64,000 nt of DNA from NCBI GenBank assembly GCA_977017645.1, contig OZ360225.1, positions 56,420,001 through 56,484,000 of the forward strand, in the 5' to 3' direction. Positions 12,448-25,265 of the stretch are shown here, one piece after another. Below the pieces are notes generated by a model. It made no database searches and had not been told where the DNA came from. It was given only the letters and a program-made list of their open reading frames with translations. Each line of letters opens with the position of its first letter. The first letter of the stretch is position 1. The position numbers and the translations under genes are program-made. This stretch comes from Torpedo marmorata. Its lineage: Eukaryota.

Positions 12448-13829
12448 TAAAAATCATTTTCACTTTGTACATCTTCCCCCATTGATTGAGTCACCTACAT
12501 AATCTGTATGCAGTTTGTGAAGTAAGGTGATCGTCCACAGCCCCTGCAGGACGACCCACCAGTTTGGTTATTTATGCTGCCTCTCTGTGCCAACTGTGCT
12601 TCCTTTCCCAGCACTCAATTGGAGGTTGAGTAGTCAGCATCTTCATCTGTCTTGTAGTGGCTTTCTGTTTCTGTGCCTTGTGCAGTAGTGAACTGTCCCT
12701 TCCGAATCAAGGCTCACTGTACTTCTGTGTATGCTGACCCCAATTTAACTAGTCTACTAGCTCTTGAATTCATATCCTTGAATTTCCATTTACTGGCTCT
12801 ATTTCCTAGTTCCTCATAACTAACGTACTTAGTTTCTCCCTCAGACTATGGAACTCACTTCAATGGACCTGGTGAATTGATGTCAACTTGAGGCGTGCAT
12901 TGAATATTTTGAAAACCTTGTCAGGACTTTTACTCTCTAAAACACCCATTGATAAGCTCCAATCCCTCCTCTCCTATCCACAAAAGAATGTACCTCGCCC
13001 TTTTCTTCATCGCCCATACCCCTCCTATCCATGTACCTGCCCAAATTCTTCTTAAATGTTAAAATTGAGCCCGCATTCACCACTTCATCTGGCAGCTCGT
13101 TCCACACTCCCACCACTCTCAGTGTGAAGAAGTTCCACCAATACTCCCCCTAAACCTTTCCCCTTTCACCCTTAACCCATGTCCTCTGGTTTGTATCTCA
13201 CCTACCCTCACATCGCTTCACATCAGTTTACGTTTTCATTGGATTTTCCAAAGTCCTCTATAGCATAATCATTGAGGGGTGAAGCTATGCCATCTTCTCT
13301 ATGGTGCATGGAATCAACATACCGGTAATAATAAGAGTCAAAAAACTACAGATGATGGACATGTGAAATTAATAACAAAAATACTCATTATATCAGGCAG
13401 CATCTGTGGTTCTCTTTCCACAGATGCTGCCTGATCTAATAAATGTCTCTAACATTTTCTGTTTTTTTTTTGTAATAAAGTCAGTGATTTTTATTTTCAA
13501 TTGCTGCTTAACCCATTGTCACTTCTCTTCCACAATTGCCCACATTCAAGATCTGCCTCTCTCTGATGACACTTCTGTTTCTCATTTTTGATTGCACATC
13601 TTCTCTAGCTTCCATTTCCTTTTGGGATTGACAAAATGTTTATCATAACCCACTTTCATGCCACATTTTCATCTCTCTCTTTAGAAAATGTTTCCAGCTC
13701 CAATTAATTCCATGTGGATTGCAACCATTCTACCCGTCGTAATTCAGATCCACTGTTTGACTCACCGCAGTTGCTACCCGGCCTGCTGAGTACTTCATGT
13801 ATCTTCTGTTTCTATTTCAGCAGCAGAGC

Positions 13830-14720
13830 CAGTATTTAGATGTCCATCCCTAATTGCCCTTGAGAAGGTAGTGGTGAGCTGTCTCCTTGAAAAGTCCTTG
13901 AGCTGTTAGAGAGGGAGTTACAGGATTTTGACTCCATGACGGTGGAGGAACTGTTATATCTAAGTTGTAATCATGTGTGGCTTGGAGAGCAACTTCCAGG
14001 TGGCTTTGATCCAACACTTTTTCGGCCCTTGTCCTTTAAGGCGGGGGAGGTGATGGATTTAGAAGATGTTGTCCATGGAGACTTGGTGAGATGCCGAGTG
14101 TATCCTGTAGATGACACAAACTAATGCTACTGTGCATTGGTATACCAGTGAATGGTTATGCTGGGGTGCCTATCAAATGGGCTGCTATGTCCTGTATGGT
14201 GTTGAGTTTCTTGAGTGTTGTTGAAACTGTAAGTGGAGAGTATTCCATCACACTCTGTCTTGAGCCTTATAGATGGTGCACAGGCTTTGTGGAGTTAGGA
14301 GGTGAATGTCTGCTCTTGTAGCCACAATATGTATATGACTACTCCTGTTCAGATTCTGGTCAATCAGTAACCCCCCACCAGGGTTTTGATTGCAGGAGAT
14401 TCAGTGGATAGTAATGCCATTGAATGTCAAGATGGAGATAGCTGGATTTTCTCTTGGATATCATCATTGCCTGCACTTGTGTGCTGTGAGTGCCACTTGC
14501 TACCTACCAGCCTATACCTGGAGATTACCCAGATCTTGCTGCACTTGCATGTGGAATGCTTCATTATCTGAGGAATCATGAATGGTACTGAACATTGTGC
14601 AATCATCAGCAAATGTTCCTACTTCTGACCTTATGATTGAATGATGGCAATTGATGAAGCAGCTGACGATCGTTGGTCCCAGCACACTATCCTGAGGAGC
14701 TTTTGCAGGAATTCTGTGTT
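13830..14720 (-). mobile_element. Decayed L2/CR1-group LINE 3' part
   Basis: ORF 14512..14724 APQDSVLGPTIVSCFIN...GTFADDCTMF. Confidence 0.75.
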
Positions 14721-14935
14721 CCACCCCATGAGGGCAAGCATGTCATATGTCTTCTCCAGTGTCCTCAACAAAGCAATTAAAAATGCAGCAAAAATGGACC
14801 GTTGTTCAAGGACAGAGTCTTCGCAGAGGCTTTTGGTTTGTTGAAGGCAGGTTTCCGTGAAAAATGATGCATAATTATGAATTTAGATCCTGCTTTAAGT
14901 ATATGAAATATTAAAAGAACTCTATGTATTTTCAG

Positions 14936-15161
14936 AGACATATTTCCAGAAGGCCTGCCTCCTTCTTATGTATTTGTTTCCACTCTGCGTTTAAAAAGCC
15001 CAACCAACAAGATGCGATTTGACTTGTGGAGAATCCTGTCCAAAGAAGGAATTATGCAGGCAGCTGTCACACTTGATGGAGAACAACAGGCTGTGTTTTT
15101 TACCACAACCAGCCTGGCTGAGGAGATACAGACAGTGGCTTTCATTGATGAAAGACTAAAG
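14936..15161 (+). CDS. COL21A1: Collagen XXI-like TSPN/LamG exon (RDIFPEGLPPSYVFVSTLRLK...FDLWRILS...FFTTTS...DERLK)
   Basis: ttttcag acceptor and gtttgt donor; 226 nt; its first base completes the AG|A codon from the previous exon. FPEGLPPSYVFVST is characteristic of the collagen XXI TSPN domain. Confidence 0.93.
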
Positions 15162-17450
15162 GTTTGTGGTAATTTTTAATGCACAAAGAGTTTAATTTTT
15201 CAATAAATAAACGGACGAACCTGGGCAAGATTCTGTAAAGAGCTCTTGATGTATTTCAGTGCATTGTGGAGTTTGTATATTTATTAAAATAAATCAACTT
15301 ATTAACTATGTATATTGGGAAGCAAAATTCATAATGGATAGAAAATTGTCTTGGGGAATAATCCATTATAAACGTTATCACATACAAAGAGAAACACAAG
15401 AACTGTAGATGCTGGAATCTTGAGTAAACAAAGAGAAGCTGGAGGGGTTCAGCAAAGTCAGCCAGTGTCCATGGAGAGAAATGGTCAGTCAATATTTTGG
15501 GTCGGAACTAATTGAAAACATTTCTCTCCATTGATGCTGCCTAACTCAATGAGTCCCTTCAGCATCTCTTTGTTATCACATCCAAGTCTTGCCTGACATT
15601 CATTCTATTGACACTATGAATCAGAGGAGGAATGTATTGAATGGCCAGTTTAATATTAATCACTCATACTGTCATTTGCTAAGAATTTATTTTCAGAATA
15701 TCTATTTTCAGAATAATTTCTATTCTGAAAACTGGATGAGTTTGCTGCAGTAATAACTTCTACTTGGTAGCCACCAAATAACTTGTTTGATTGTATTTAG
15801 TAAAAATCTGGGATGTAATGATCTGAAGACCAATCAGCACACACCTATTTATATCAGATCCAAATGTACTAACCCTTAGCCCTAGGGAAATCTTTGTGAT
15901 ACCCTGTCCTCTGCATTGGCTGGGGTCACCTCTTTTAAGGATTATTAAGACCTCTTCAGCGTGTTCCATAGAATTTGGTGTCATTAGAGAGTGAATAATA
16001 GTCTTCAGATGCTGTAAATTGTAGAAGAATAAAGAGACAAATCTGTGCTCAGTCTTCCGTGCTAGCAAATAACCAGTTATGTTTTGTGTGTGGAGCCTGT
16101 GAAGATGAATTTCCATTATATTGTAGTGCTGATGTGTGGTCTGCTGGAAGCTGATATGAAAGATGAATAATGAAGGAGTTGTAACAGTGTAGGAGAGTTT
16201 GGCATGTCTATCAGCTCAACAACATCCATATGACTAACTACTTCTAAATTAGCATCTCTATGAATATCTTTGCAACACTCCTTAATTTCCAACCACCTTT
16301 CCAAGATTTAGTGACTGACCAGTCAGAGCCTTATCTGTGGGGAGTCATGGAGGACCAGCTAATCTAAAGGTCAGCAAGCATTAATCATACCAAACACTAA
16401 TTCTCCTTTGAGTGCAGGGACTGGAAACTTTTAGACATTGCTTTCAAAGAAATAGTGAATGAATTGACAGTTTCTATGTAAGTAGTTGGTGAAAATCTTT
16501 CTTCTCAAAGTAAAGTTCCTATAGGCAATGGATTTAGTGTTGCCCTTAATTTGACATAGAGGGAACAGTTGGGACATGTACATCATTTAACATTTATATG
16601 TTTATGATTTCAAGAGAATGCATTGTTTTTGATTGTGGGAAAGTTTGTTCTGGTGTCATGAGGTTGGTCTTACTACCCCTTGTTTTTTCAATTGGCAGTA
16701 GTGAGCTTTATTTTGTATTTGTCCTGTAATCCCACCATGGAGAGTTCAATGCCAGGATAGAGTGTCCAAACTGGAAAAAGTGTTCCATTTGCCATCCTTG
16801 ATATCATTTCACCACTACCCCATCCACAACTCCAAGTACGAACAGTAATGGACCCTTTCAGCTGCAAGGAAATCGGTCAGGTTCCAAGATCCTGACCAAA
16901 AGTAAATGTACTGTGTGGAAAATGTCAAAATACAGACTTATGTTTTTTGGCAACAGGAAAAAAAGATCCCTTGCTTGAAAAATGAGGCTTGAGATCTTAA
17001 TTTATTTAACTTTTTTTTTTACTTGATGCTGAAATTACTTTGCTAGAGAAAATGATTGTTCTTGAAATATTTGTCTATTTTAGATAATGAAAGATGCACA
17101 GGAGACAAACTAAATAACATGCACCATGTTCATATACAATAAAACTCTGAGAGTTTTAATGATGCCGGACTGACAGATTTTCTGAAATGTTGGAAATCAC
17201 TGCTTTTAATACCCCAACACACTTTCAATGCATAATAGAATACATTTTTCAGTGATCCCATGAGTTAAAAAGGAGTAAAATAGATGAAAAGAAATTATGA
17301 AGGTCGGTGGGGAGATATGGGAGCCCTCGAGAGGGCGAGTGTGGGAATAAAATAAGATGATCTTGCACCTTAACTCAGATATTGTACTGGGTGCACTCAG
17401 AAGAATAAGCTGTTCCAATTTTAATCCAATCTTTTCTGTTATACTCATAG

Positions 17451-17624
17451 AAATTGTTTGATGAGGAGTGGCATCAGTTAAAGGTACTGATACTTGAAAT
17501 GGAAGTCACTTGTTTCTTAGATGATGTAAAAATTCAGAACAGACTTCTTGAGCAAGTTATTCCTATTTTCATAAATGGGAAGACCCAGGTGGCTAAACTT
17601 GTGAAAAGAGAGACTTCTGTACCC
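17451..17624 (+). CDS. COL21A1: Collagen XXI-like TSPN exon (KLFDEEWHQLKVLI...FINGKTQVAK...ETSVP)
   Basis: catag acceptor and gtaagt donor; 174 nt, phase 0-0; LFDxxWHQ TSPN motif; overlaps ORF 17454..17657. Confidence 0.93.
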
Positions 17625-17767
17625 GTAAGTAAAAATACCACTTATATTATTATATGAACTTATTGTCAAATAATTTGGCTGTTAGATATAGCTATCATTC
17701 TTGGTTTGCAAGTAACAATTTCTAATAATTAAAATGATTAGGTACATGAATTTATGTTTAGTCTATA

Positions 17768-18117
17768 CAGGGTGAATACCCCTTATCCAAAATGCCTGGG
17801 ATCAGAAGTGTTTCGGATTTTGAATTTTTTTGGATTTTGTAACACCATTTAAAAAATGCACTCATTCACTCAGACTTAAAGATACATACATTCACATTAC
17901 AATACAAATATTTATATATGCACAAATTAACTGAAGTAGACATATATTGAAAAATCTACACTCAATAATGCACTACTTACGTCTGCTACATCCCGTTCTC
18001 CGATCGGGATTTCTGAACTCTATTACGTATTACCTTATGGGACCACGGACCAAAAAAGGTTTCGGATTTTGGATCATTTCGGATTTCGGGTATTCGGAAA
18101 AAGGGGTATTCAACCTG
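17768..18117. mobile_element. Tc1/mariner (pogo/Tigger-like) MITE
   Basis: TA TSD at 17766-17767 and 18118-18119; TIR CAGG(G/T)TGAATACCCCTT; internal TTCGGATTT repeats. Confidence 0.88.
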
Positions 18118-18139
18118 TAATAAAAAAGCAAAGATAGTG

Positions 18140-20115
18140 GTAAGCTGAAAGCAGGAAATGCTGGAAATACTAACCAGGTCAGGCAGCATCTGTGGAGAGA
18201 GAAAAATGAGTTTAATATTGTAGGTCATTGATCTTTGATCAGAACTGAAAAATTGAGAAAATGAGTAGGTTTTAAGATGTAGAGAGGGAAAGGAGTGGGA
18301 AGAACAAAGGGAATGGCTGTGACAGGACTGAAACCAAGATTGGCTATGGGATATATTTGTTGGTGCTCTCCAGCAGAGGGTGATGAACTGGTCAGTTGCA
18401 GCTGGTCTGTTTGGAGGAGTGTATGTTGAGGAAAATTAATGACAATAGTAGACAGAAAGAAAATTGAATGGCTGAACCTGAATGGCAAAAAACATTGTTC
18501 GGCACAGACTAGAAGGGCTGAAGAGGCCTGTTTCTGTGCTGTAATGTTCTATGGTTCTATCGTTCTAACCTGTGTAATGTAGGCGACAGCAATTCCTGAA
18601 AAACTGAAATAAAGGAGAATGCTGAAAATATTCAGCAGCTCAGGTGGCATTAAAGGAAAGGAAAAAAACTGGGTTATTGTTGTAGATGGATGACCTCATA
18701 CCAGAACCATCCCGATCTGGCACCAACAGGAAATCATACAGTGCTGAATTCATTCTTGAGTCTGGAGGGTGATAATATATTTAGATGAGAATTTGTTCTC
18801 TGAGTTTACATTGGACTTCAGTGAAACAGCATAGAGGCCCAAAGATTAAGATGTAAATGTAGTAATGCTTCAAGATTCAAGATTCAATTTATTGTCATGC
18901 AATAAAACAGTGTCATATTGAGATGGAGAATTAAAGTAATAGGTGATTGGAAGCTCAGGATGCCCCTTGCAGCCCGATGGAAACCATCACCCAATCTGCA
19001 TTTGTTTTTTCAAGTGCAGAGGAGACCACGTCTAATGCAGTAACAGTAGGTAGGAAGAAATACAAGTGAATTGCTGGTTCACCTGGAGGGACTGTGTGGC
19101 TATCTGGATGGGGAGAAGGCAAGAAGTAAAAGGGATTGCATCTCCCATGGTTGAGAGGAAAGTGCAGTGCAAAGGATTGTGAATATTAGAGATAGAAGAG
19201 CACACTAGAGAGTCATAGAGGGAATTATTCCTTCAGAATACTGACGGGAGAAGGGAAAATTCATCATATTGAAGGTGGCAGAAATTAGTTGGGATAATCC
19301 ATTGTATGCGGAGACTGATGGGATGGAAAGTGAGGACAAGAGGATCTCTAGTCTTGGTTGGGAGGAGAGTGGGTGAATGCAAAAGTGTGAGAAGTAGCAC
19401 AGTACATGGTTGAGAACACTGTCAACTTTGGTAGAGAGTTAAATATGGTTAAGGAAGAAGCAGGACTTCTCAGAAGCACTAATCTGCAAAGTCACATCAT
19501 CAGACCAGATACAGCGGAGGCTCCTCTTTCAGCATAATGGAACTGTTCTTGCTGTGGCTCACTATCTTCCTTTTCCATTACCACAAACCTCTCCTCTTGA
19601 TCAAAGGAGATACAATAACCACCCCTTTTACTTCTTCCCACCATTCAAGACCTCGCTCACTTCCTCCATGAGAAGTGGAAATTTACTTGCATTTAGTGCA
19701 TGTGATGTGGTCAACTCTTACATTTGAGAAACTAGATACAGATTGAGTGTCCACTTTACTGAACATCTCCATTCAGTTTGCAAGACTGATCATGAGCTTA
19801 CAATTGCCTGTCATTATAATTCCCTGTCCTATTCCTAGATTGACCTCTGTCTCTGGCCTCCTATATTGTTACAATAAATCCCAATGTAAGCTCAAAGAAC
19901 ATCATGACATCTAACCACAATGCATTGAACAATTTCAGATAACTTTCCTTTTTCTGTTTGTGTCAGAACTGGTCAGTTCTGATATAAGGCCATTCACCTG
20001 TAACATTAACTCCTTTTTTTTTATCTCCAAGGATACTACCTGATCTGCTGCCTATTTCGAGCATTATCTTTCATTTGTGTTTTAGGTTTCCAGCAACTGC
20101 TGTACTCCACATCTC
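18140..20115. mobile_element. Two decayed Penelope-like remnants in inverted arrangement (about 18140-19510 minus, 19520-20115 plus)
   Basis: GIY-YIG-like remnants near 18980-19030 (minus) and 19700-19790 (plus); pLTR-like GATGCTGCCTGACCTG sequences at both outer ends. Confidence 0.6.
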
Positions 20116-20179
20116 ATAGTTGGAACATTTTTTTTGTTCTCCTTATTTCTACAATGTTTTCTACTTTTTTTTACTGCAC

Positions 20180-21195
20180 TAATGACTTGGATGAAAATGT
20201 AGTTAGCATGGTTAGTAAATTTGCTAAATTGGTGGCATCGTGGAAAGTGAAGAAAGTTATCTAAGATTAGAACAGGACCTAGATGAACTTGGAAAGAGGG
20301 CCAAGGAATAGCAGATGGAATTTAAATGTTGCACGTTGTAGGTTAAAATAGGGCAGGACTTGCAACATGAATGGTAGGACCCTGAGGAATGTTGTAGCGC
20401 AAAGAGATTTGGGGGTACATGTGCATAATTCCATGAATGTGGCAACACAGGTGGACAGGTTAGTAAAGAAGGTTTTTGGCATGATTGCCTTCATTAGTCA
20501 GGGCATTGAGTACAGCAGCTGGGATATCAGGTTACAACTATCCAAGATGTTGGTGAGACCGCATATTGTGAACCGTTTTCATCCCCCAATTCTTGGAAGG
20601 ATACCATTAAGCTGGAAAGGGTGCAGAAAAGATTCATGAGGTTGGGGGGCTTGAATTCCAAAAAGAGGCTGGATAGGTTGGGACTTTTCTGTCTGGAGCA
20701 TTGGAAGGAAAAGGATAGGTGGGGTACCTTCTTGAGGGTTATAAAATCATAAAGGGCATAGTTAAGGTAAATAGTGATAGTTCTTTTTCTGTAAAAACAC
20801 ACAGAATTGCTGGAGGAACTCTACCGGTCTCGTAGCATCCATAGGAGGTAAAGATATATTACCGACGCTTCGGGCCTGAGCCCTTCTTCAAGAAGTTATT
20901 TTTCCCCCAGGGTACAGAAATCTAAATCCAGAGGGCATAGATCTAAGGTGAGAGGGGAAAGGTTTAAAATAGAGCTGAGGGGAATCTTCTTTACACAGAG
21001 GGTGGTGGGTATATGGAACGAACTGCCAGAGGAAGTGATAGCACCAGGGACATTTGTAACATTCAAAATAGACAGGTACATTGATAGGAAAGGTTTATTG
21101 TAATATGGGCTGAATTCAGGCAAATAGGACTAGCTTGGTCATGGGCAAGTTGAGTCAAAGGGCCTGTTTCTGCGCTGTAGAACTTTACGACTCTA
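20180..21195 (+). mobile_element. CR1 3' fragment containing a short Penelope-LTR insert (about 20792-20895)
   Basis: ORF 20367..20639 is CR1-like (RDLGVHVH, LVRPH); typical 3' end GGGCCTGTTTCTGCGCTGTA. Confidence 0.85.
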
Positions 21196-24100
21196 TGAGA
21201 TATCATCCATCTCCCTCTATTTAAATTTCTTCAGAGTGATCAACAGCATTCATCGCCCTCTCTTAGATGGCACCTTGACAATTTTGGTTTCCACCCTATT
21301 ACAGATATATTGTTCTCTCTTCCTCTCTCCCTCCAGGACTAAAAATCTACTTGTTTTCTCATTTTTCCAGTTCAACTACTTGTCACCAGACCTGAAATGT
21401 TAACCATGTTTCTCTCTCCACAGATGCTACCTGACCCTCTGAGTATCTACAGCATTTTCTATTTTAATATCAGTAGGTATGGATTTTTATGTTAATGAGC
21501 ATAAGAATACTTAAAATTCTTGTGATTCAGATTTACTAAGCTGTCCAGAAAATTGTATGTCTATATTTAATGCAAAATCAGTTTCTTAAATTTCATGATG
21601 CAAATTTTGAAGACCCCAACTAAAGTGTACTGATTCCTGTGGTAAAAGGTTCAATTGTTGTTATTATTGGAAGTGATTTTCATTGGGAGGAAAGAACTTC
21701 CATAAAATCACACTCTTAATCTTTCCCACTTTTTGTCAACTTTGCCTCCTTACACCACAATGCCTTTAGTTCCATTTTGGCTGACATTCATCCACAGCAG
21801 CAGACAGGTCTCTGGGCCAAATGGTGTTTTCCTGTTTCCTCTGCATTGTGCCAAACTGTGGACTAGTCTTTCAACCAAAGTGGTTTAGATCAAGGTGTGT
21901 GAGCAACATCATATTCACCCGGGCCAAAGCAACTTAAAACTTTAAAATTGAGCCAACTCACTGGAACATTTGAAGTGAGATTTTCTTTTTGAGGTAGCTC
22001 CATTCATAGGTGCTTGTTCCACATTACAGTGGTATAGTTAGTGGAGCTGCTGCCTCACACCTCCAATAACCTGGATTCAACCCTGACCTCGGGTGTTCTC
22101 AGTGTGGAGTTTGCTCATTCTTCTTATACCTGTGTGGGTTTCATCTGGGTGCTGTAGTTTCCTCCCACATCCCTAAGATGTGCTTCTTAGGCGGGTAACA
22201 AAACAATGTGCATTGCCTGTAATTTGTGGATGAGTAGTAGAAAATGAAGGGAGGGTGGGATGGGGTTGATTGGTATGTAGGAAAATTAGTGAGAACAAAT
22301 TGCTCTGTGAACCAGCAGATTCTGACAAAAAACAAACCTCTATGTTGTTAGGATATTTTAATGTCATGTTTTGCCCCATACTCTCAATTCTTCTAGCTCT
22401 CTGACAATGCACAACTAGATGGGAAGGGAGGGAACAAAGAGCCTGCAGAGAAATATAGACAGTGGGCAAGGAGGTGAAATCATGCAAGTTTGGAAGGAAG
22501 GAATGAAAAGTTGATATTAGTAGCCATTGGTGAACTGAGGGATCTTCAACTACTAGTTCATGGGTCACAAAGATTAAATATGCAGGTTCTGAAATCAGTT
22601 TGGAAGGCAAAAGATATTTTGGATTTTATTGTAAGATATTAGCGTACAAGAGTAAGGGAGTCATGATAACGGGTTGCAGGCCTTTCGTGAGACATCACCA
22701 TGTGAAGCTTTGGACTGCATCTAAAGAAAAATGTATGAGTTGGGAGCAAATCCCTCAGTTGATTCCAAGTGAGGGGTTGTTTCTGAGGAGATGTTTATGC
22801 AAATTGACCTATACATCAGCATTTAAAAGAAAGAGGGGTGATAATTTTAAGACAAGATTTCTGTTGCTGAAGAGTTCAGAACTGAGGGGTGTGTTCTCAG
22901 GAAAAGGAGTTGGCTCCTTAAGATTTTAATGAAGATACACTTCTTTATTCAGAGGGCTGTAAATCTATCTTGGAGGGCCATAGATGCTCACTTGTTGAGT
23001 ATATTTCAAGGGTGAATGTGATAATAAGGGAATCAAGAGATAGGTGTAGGACTTTGTACTTTAGATGCAGAGTGATTCTTTCTAATGCTATCATGCTCAG
23101 CAAAGAGCAGAATCATTAAACATGATATTATTGTTATCTTGAAGTATAACTGGGGATATCTAGGGTGAATTAAAGTTCAATCTCCACCCACCCATCCAAT
23201 ATGACATATTCTCTCACAATTTTGCCATAAGAAGTTGGCTAAACATTGATGAAATAAATCAATCATCCACATTCAAAGTTAAACAAATTAGTGCACCCAG
23301 GTGTACCAAAGAAGCAGTCCCAGAAGAGCTTAAGCAACACATTCAGCATTGTTGTCATGTGCACATTTTAAAGAATACATTCTCTAGCCAAGTCCTTTCA
23401 CAAGAACTTACTGAGTCACTAATTCCCCAAACCACAGCTAAATGGCAAACAGTCGGCAACCTCTTTTGTTAGTTCTTAACTGCATTCTAATTGCATCTGA
23501 ACTACCATTGTTGCCTGTTTTGATTTCCTGTTTTGCTCACAGACCAGAAACAACAATATTGAGGCTGAAAGAGCAGCAATTCAATCTCTTGGAAACCTTG
23601 GTAGCTTGCAATTCAGTGATGACATAACTTCCAAGGTAACTCTTAATAGGGATGTTAGCTTGAAAGATTCTCTTCCTCATAAAGTAATCTTCCCAATAAT
23701 AGCCCATGTGGTAGAGCAGGTTATAATGTTACCTCGGCCAAATCCAGACCAGAATAATAAGACAATTTGCCTACTATGTGGCAAGTTGACATTTAAACAC
23801 AATACTGGAAGGAATAATGCCCAAGAAAGAACAGGTAGCAGGTTCCCCTCCAAATCACACACACCACTCTGACTTGGAACTGGATTGCCATTCCTTCATT
23901 GCCGTTGGATCTGGATTCTGGGACCCCCTATACAACAGTACCGTGAGAGCATTATCAACAGAAGGACAATAAAGTGGATCATCAGCATCACCTGAAGAGC
24001 AATTGGATGGACAACATATGCCAGCAACATGACACCTGTTTTTTTATATTTAAAAAATAGATACAGTTACTCAGGTAAATTGGAAGCTGGAACAGTTTAC

Positions 24101-24281
24101 ATAAAATGGCAATGTGTTCTGCTTTCCAAATCCAAAATATCCTTCAACCAGGATAGTAACATTAAATGATATTTGTTGTGGTCAACTGGGTGTTGCATTG
24201 AGCCATAGAATCCATTTTCAACAGTGAGCTTCTTCACTTGCATGGTTCATGATGATGCTCTCTGTAACTTATATTAAACAG

Positions 24282-24359
24282 ATAGAAATACAGAAGCTTA
24301 GACTCTACTGTGACCCTCAGCAAAGTGAACGGGAGACGGCCTGTGAAATCCCATCTGTG
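24282..24359 (+). CDS. COL21A1: Collagen XXI-like exon (IEIQKLRLYCDPQQSERETACEIPSV)
   Basis: aaacag acceptor and gtgagt donor; 78 nt; FACIT motif QKLRxYCDPxQxxRETACEIP. Confidence 0.93.
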
Positions 24360-24649
24360 GTGAGTGAACAAATCTTCATGTAAAATAAAGCAGTCTCTCA
24401 AACTCACCTTGCCTTAAAAAAAAAAATTAGTGACCAATAATTTTTCAGAAACAGTATTATTTTTTGGATTAAAAATTAGCTACTTTAAAGATACAATAAA
24501 CGTATCCACTTGTTTGGTATCCTGATCTCGAAACATTAACCTGGAATCCTCTTGGAGAGATACAAGTCTAGTAAAGACCTGCTAGCAGCTGGACGTTTAA
24601 CCTGTGTATTTTAATCTGTCTCCCTTATATTAAAACAACTGAGCAATAG

Positions 24650-25265
24650 AACCTCGAACAATATACAGTATGTCAAGAACAGGCCCTTCAGCCTATGATG
24701 TCTATGCCAAACGATGCCCAAACTCTGCTGCTTGTGCATGATCCACATTCCTCTATTCCCTGCATATTTATGTTTATCTAGAAGCTTCTTAAACATTAAT
24801 ATCATATCTGCTTCCACCACCACCCCTGTCAGCTCATTCCAGGCACCTAGCACTCTGTCTGAAAATTCTTGTCCTGCACTTTAAACTTTACCTCCCTGAC
24901 CTTAAGTACGTATCCTCTGGTATGTGACATTTTTACCCTGGGAAAAAGGTTCTACTGCCTACTATATCAATGTGTCTCATAATTTAAAAATTTCTCTCAT
25001 GATTCCCCTCAGCATCTGAAGATCCGGTTTGTCCAATCTCTTCTTACAGCTCATACTCTTTAATCCAGGCAACATCCTGGTAAACCTCTTCTGCACCCTT
25101 AACAAAACGCTACATTCTTTCTGTAATGGTGCAACCAGAATTGCACACAATACTTCAAATGCACTCTCACCAAAGTTTTATAAAATTGCAATGTGACTTC
25201 CTTATTTTTATGCTCAATGCCTGGCCAATGAAGCCAAGTATACCATCTGCCTTCTTTACCACCCA
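24650..25265 (-). mobile_element. CR1 3' fragment
   Basis: Antisense similarity to the CR1 ORF2 end (AWNELTGVVVEA, ORF 24611..24853). Confidence 0.75.

Larger units (their letters stand above)
8600..13340 (-). mobile_element. Ancient, heavily decayed Gypsy-type pol, broken by later insertions
   Basis: Manual minus-strand translation gives LNGESSQLTTFITPLE*Y (about 11345-11410, RT-like), VPTRLKRLLLRFQSYDFIPKYKLGK*LVLADVFS (about 10725-10830, RNase H end) and an integrase C-terminal-like QVEDPMMKTW (about 8840-8900). Boundaries are approximate. Confidence 0.65.
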
